Sequence record: MZ574431.2
Length of the DNA stretch: 64,000 nucleotides
Strand: one strand, 5' to 3'
Under the pieces are notes generated by a model. It had not been told where the DNA came from. It saw nothing but the letters and a program-made list of their open reading frames with translations, and did not search any database. The position numbers were made by a program, and so were the translations under genes. Positions 62,021-64,000 of the stretch are shown here, in pieces (within the stretch, counting starts at the first letter, position 1; every line of letters starts with the position of its first letter).

Positions 62021-62364
62021 TGCAAGTTCAGCACATCTCCCTCAAGGGCGGCCTGGGCGACGCCCGCAACGAGCAGTTCCAGCGGCTGAGCCCGATGGTC
62101 CCCGCCGGCGTCCCCAGTCCCAACCTCCAGGCGATCATCACCAACCTGGAGTCGGGTAAACTCGGCACGCTGCGCGTCCTGGCCGACAAGATCGAGAACG
62201 GCGCCGCCACCGAGGACGAAGCCGAACTCGACGCCCTCTACGATGGTCTGCCGCTGCTGGTGGCCTATGTCGAGGACCTGATCGGCATGTGCCTGCGCCG
62301 CGAGGAAGCCCTGGCCGAGTGCGACGTGCGCGTCGGTCGCCCGATCACCGATGACGAGGTCTAG
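62020..62364 (+). CDS. hypothetical protein
   Basis: TGATG coupling. Confidence 0.7.
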   Translation: MQVQHISLKGGLGDARNEQFQRLSPMVPAGVPSPNLQAIITNLESGKLGTLRVLADKIENGAATEDEAELDALYDGLPLLVAYVEDLIGMCLRREEALAECDVRVGRPITDDEV

Positions 62365-62367
62365 TCT

Positions 62368-62691
62368 GTGAACGAGGACGTTGCCGAGCAGCGCCTGAGC
62401 GAGTGGGGCGCTTACGATGCGCGGCGAGGGCGTAGCCCCTCGCAGGATCATCCCGCGTATCGCGAGGCTTATGAGCGCGCCGCGCATCAAGCCTTCGCCA
62501 ATCTCGACCCGTGCCCTTTCTGCCGTAAGCCGCTGCACATCATCGGCACGGAAAGCCAGGACCTCACGGTCATTCAGTGCATGACCAAGACCTGTCCCGG
62601 TGACGTTCGGATCGCCCTGACTGACCCTGACAAGCACAAGCGCTGGGTGCTTCTGGCCCACGGCTGGAACAACCAGGACACGGTGGCATGA
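62368..62691 (+). CDS. Lar-like (restriction alleviation-type) Zn-ribbon protein
   Basis: LDPCPFC...IQC..KTC...WN pattern. Confidence 0.5.
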   Translation: MNEDVAEQRLSEWGAYDARRGRSPSQDHPAYREAYERAAHQAFANLDPCPFCRKPLHIIGTESQDLTVIQCMTKTCPGDVRIALTDPDKHKRWVLLAHGWNNQDTVA

Positions 62692-62987
62692 TCGACGAGA
62701 CCGACATCGTCTACCGCCTGCGCAAGCGGGCCGAAATCCGCCGCCAGATACCGGGACGCAAGTCGGTCCAGGAGGGCAAGCCCGATCGCATGGCCGACCT
62801 CCTCGACGAGGCGGCCGACGAGATCATGCGCTTCCGGCGTCTGGACTTTGAGGAACGGTGTCGCCAGTGGCTCGCCAATGGGGGCGCAGAAGAGTTGGCC
62901 AAGGCGCTGGCCCGCGCCAAGCAGACGAGCGACGAGTTCGCCCGTTCGACCGCTGTGAGGCCCGAGACGCTGCACGAACGCTACTAG
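62688..62987 (+). CDS. conserved phage hypothetical protein
   Basis: VYRLRKRAEIRRQIPGRKSVQEGKPDRMADLLDEAADEI. Confidence 0.8.
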   Translation: MIDETDIVYRLRKRAEIRRQIPGRKSVQEGKPDRMADLLDEAADEIMRFRRLDFEERCRQWLANGGAEELAKALARAKQTSDEFARSTAVRPETLHERY

Positions 62988-62999
62988 GGGAGGCACGAC

Positions 63000-63329
63000 A
63001 TGAGCACTGAGGACCTGGGTGGCCCGGCCGTCTACATCGACCAGATGGACCCCAACAATCGCTGGTACGATCCCAAGCTGGCGAAGGACGTCTCGGCTGT
63101 GGACCTGGGGCGATGGCCTGTCGACCTGACGCAGTGGCGGGAATGGAACCGCAACAGCGCCTTTGAGCCGGGGCGCTATGGCTATCAGCGCAAGGCGGCC
63201 GACGAGCGCAGCGAGACGGGGCGGCGCCGCGTCGATGAAACGCTGTTCAACAAGGCCTGCTACTATGCCGCCATGGCCACCTATATCGTGGCGATCACCG
63301 CCGTCCTGATGCTGGTGTTCCGCGCGTAA
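63000..63329 (+). CDS. hypothetical protein with C-terminal TM anchor
   Basis: GGAGG SD; hydrophobic C-terminus. Confidence 0.75.
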   Translation: MSTEDLGGPAVYIDQMDPNNRWYDPKLAKDVSAVDLGRWPVDLTQWREWNRNSAFEPGRYGYQRKAADERSETGRRRVDETLFNKACYYAAMATYIVAITAVLMLVFRA

Positions 63330-63366
63330 GAAAGCTGTTGACAGGCCATGTAGGCTCCTCTATCAC
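63325..63366 (+). promoter_or_regulatory. conserved phage promoter with anti-SD arm
   Basis: CGTAAGAAAGCTG-TTGACA-17-TATCAC; GGCTCCTC pairs with GAGGAGCC. Confidence 0.85.
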
Positions 63367-63398
63367 CGTGACAACGCAAGCGACACGAGGAGCCCGAG

Positions 63399-64000
63399 GT
63401 GAAGCAAGGACCGCAGGAACGAGACTATCACGAGGCGATCGTCGAACTGAGCGACGTCAGTATCGTGGAAGGTCTGGAGACCCTGCTGGAGCGGCTGCGC
63501 GCCAAAGGCCAGTTCGAGGTCGCCGCCTGGGTCAACGCCGCTGCTTGGCGCATGCGCTGCCTGCGCACCACCGACCCCACGCCCGAGGACGACGACGACC
63601 AGCCTGATCTGGCGGCCCTGGAGCACATCAAGGGTCGCGGCGGCCTGCTGGATGACAGCGAGCCCCTGCCGATCCTGGACAGCTATGTCCACACCCGTCG
63701 CAAGACGATGCCCGACACCTTGCGCCCCTGGTACATCGTCATGGTCTACACGACCGACGGCCGCGTGATCGGCCCGATCGAGGCCAAGGATGTCGACTGG
63801 GCCGATAATGTCGGAGGCTACCGCCTGGGCTGGGCGCGCAAGGCCATCCAGTTCGACGCGGCCGATCAGGCCCACATCGCCGCCGCCGCCATTGGCCGTG
63901 TCGAGGTCGACGTCGACTACTATCTCGACCAGATGATCGACGCGCCGCTCTGGCTGTGGAAGGCCCACGCCCTCGACTACGGCATGGACCCCTGGCAGTT
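63399..64000 (+). CDS. hypothetical protein, partial (runs off right edge)
   Basis: Not in ORF track; GTG after GAGGAG; MKQGPQERDYHEAIVEL... open to the window end. Confidence 0.8.
   Translation, partial: MKQGPQERDYHEAIVELSDVSIVEGLETLLERLRAKGQFEVAAWVNAAAWRMRCLRTTDPTPEDDDDQPDLAALEHIKGRGGLLDDSEPLPILDSYVHTRRKTMPDTLRPWYIVMVYTTDGRVIGPIEAKDVDWADNVGGYRLGWARKAIQFDAADQAHIAAAAIGRVEVDVDYYLDQMIDAPLWLWKAHALDYGMDPWQ

Noticed and set aside
10786-63343. Recurrent 19-nt motif read as CRISPR repeats or IS ends
   Set aside because: Irregular kb-scale spacing, imperfect copies, promoter geometry; no cas or transposase genes.

Overview
A 64-kb accessory region of a large, GC-rich dsDNA phage. It is probably a giant phiCbK-like Caulobacter/alphaproteobacterial phage; this is inferred from a DUF4170 gene, an alpha-type CCA enzyme and RpoD-like promoters, and no database search was run. 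About 140 tightly packed, mostly small hypothetical genes lie on the + strand. Two minus-strand genes sit left of a divergent promoter region near nt 400-740. Recognisable genes: CCA-adding enzyme, Thg1-like 3'-5' polymerase, two PTH2-family peptidyl-tRNA hydrolases, RelA/SpoT-type HD hydrolase, HAD 5'-nucleotidase, Nudix hydrolase, a porin-PnuC-NadR-DUF1937 NAD salvage operon, HslV-like peptidase, ferritin-like protein, two DEDD exonucleases and an acyltransferase-3. Two tRNA-Arg genes (UCU, CCG) lie on the minus strand. Seventeen copies of a 19-nt promoter motif (YGCAAGAAAACTGTTGACA) punctuate the region. Many carry inverted repeats that pair the promoter with the downstream Shine-Dalgarno site or span the promoter. 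Top finding: a 15-codon ORF directly upstream of the tRNA-Arg pair. It is rich in the Arg codons those tRNAs read (AGA, AGG, CGG, CGG), and its RNA is complementary to the acceptor strand of the first tRNA. This is a candidate translation-sensing switch for tRNA maturation. No structural, integrase, transposase or CRISPR elements were seen.
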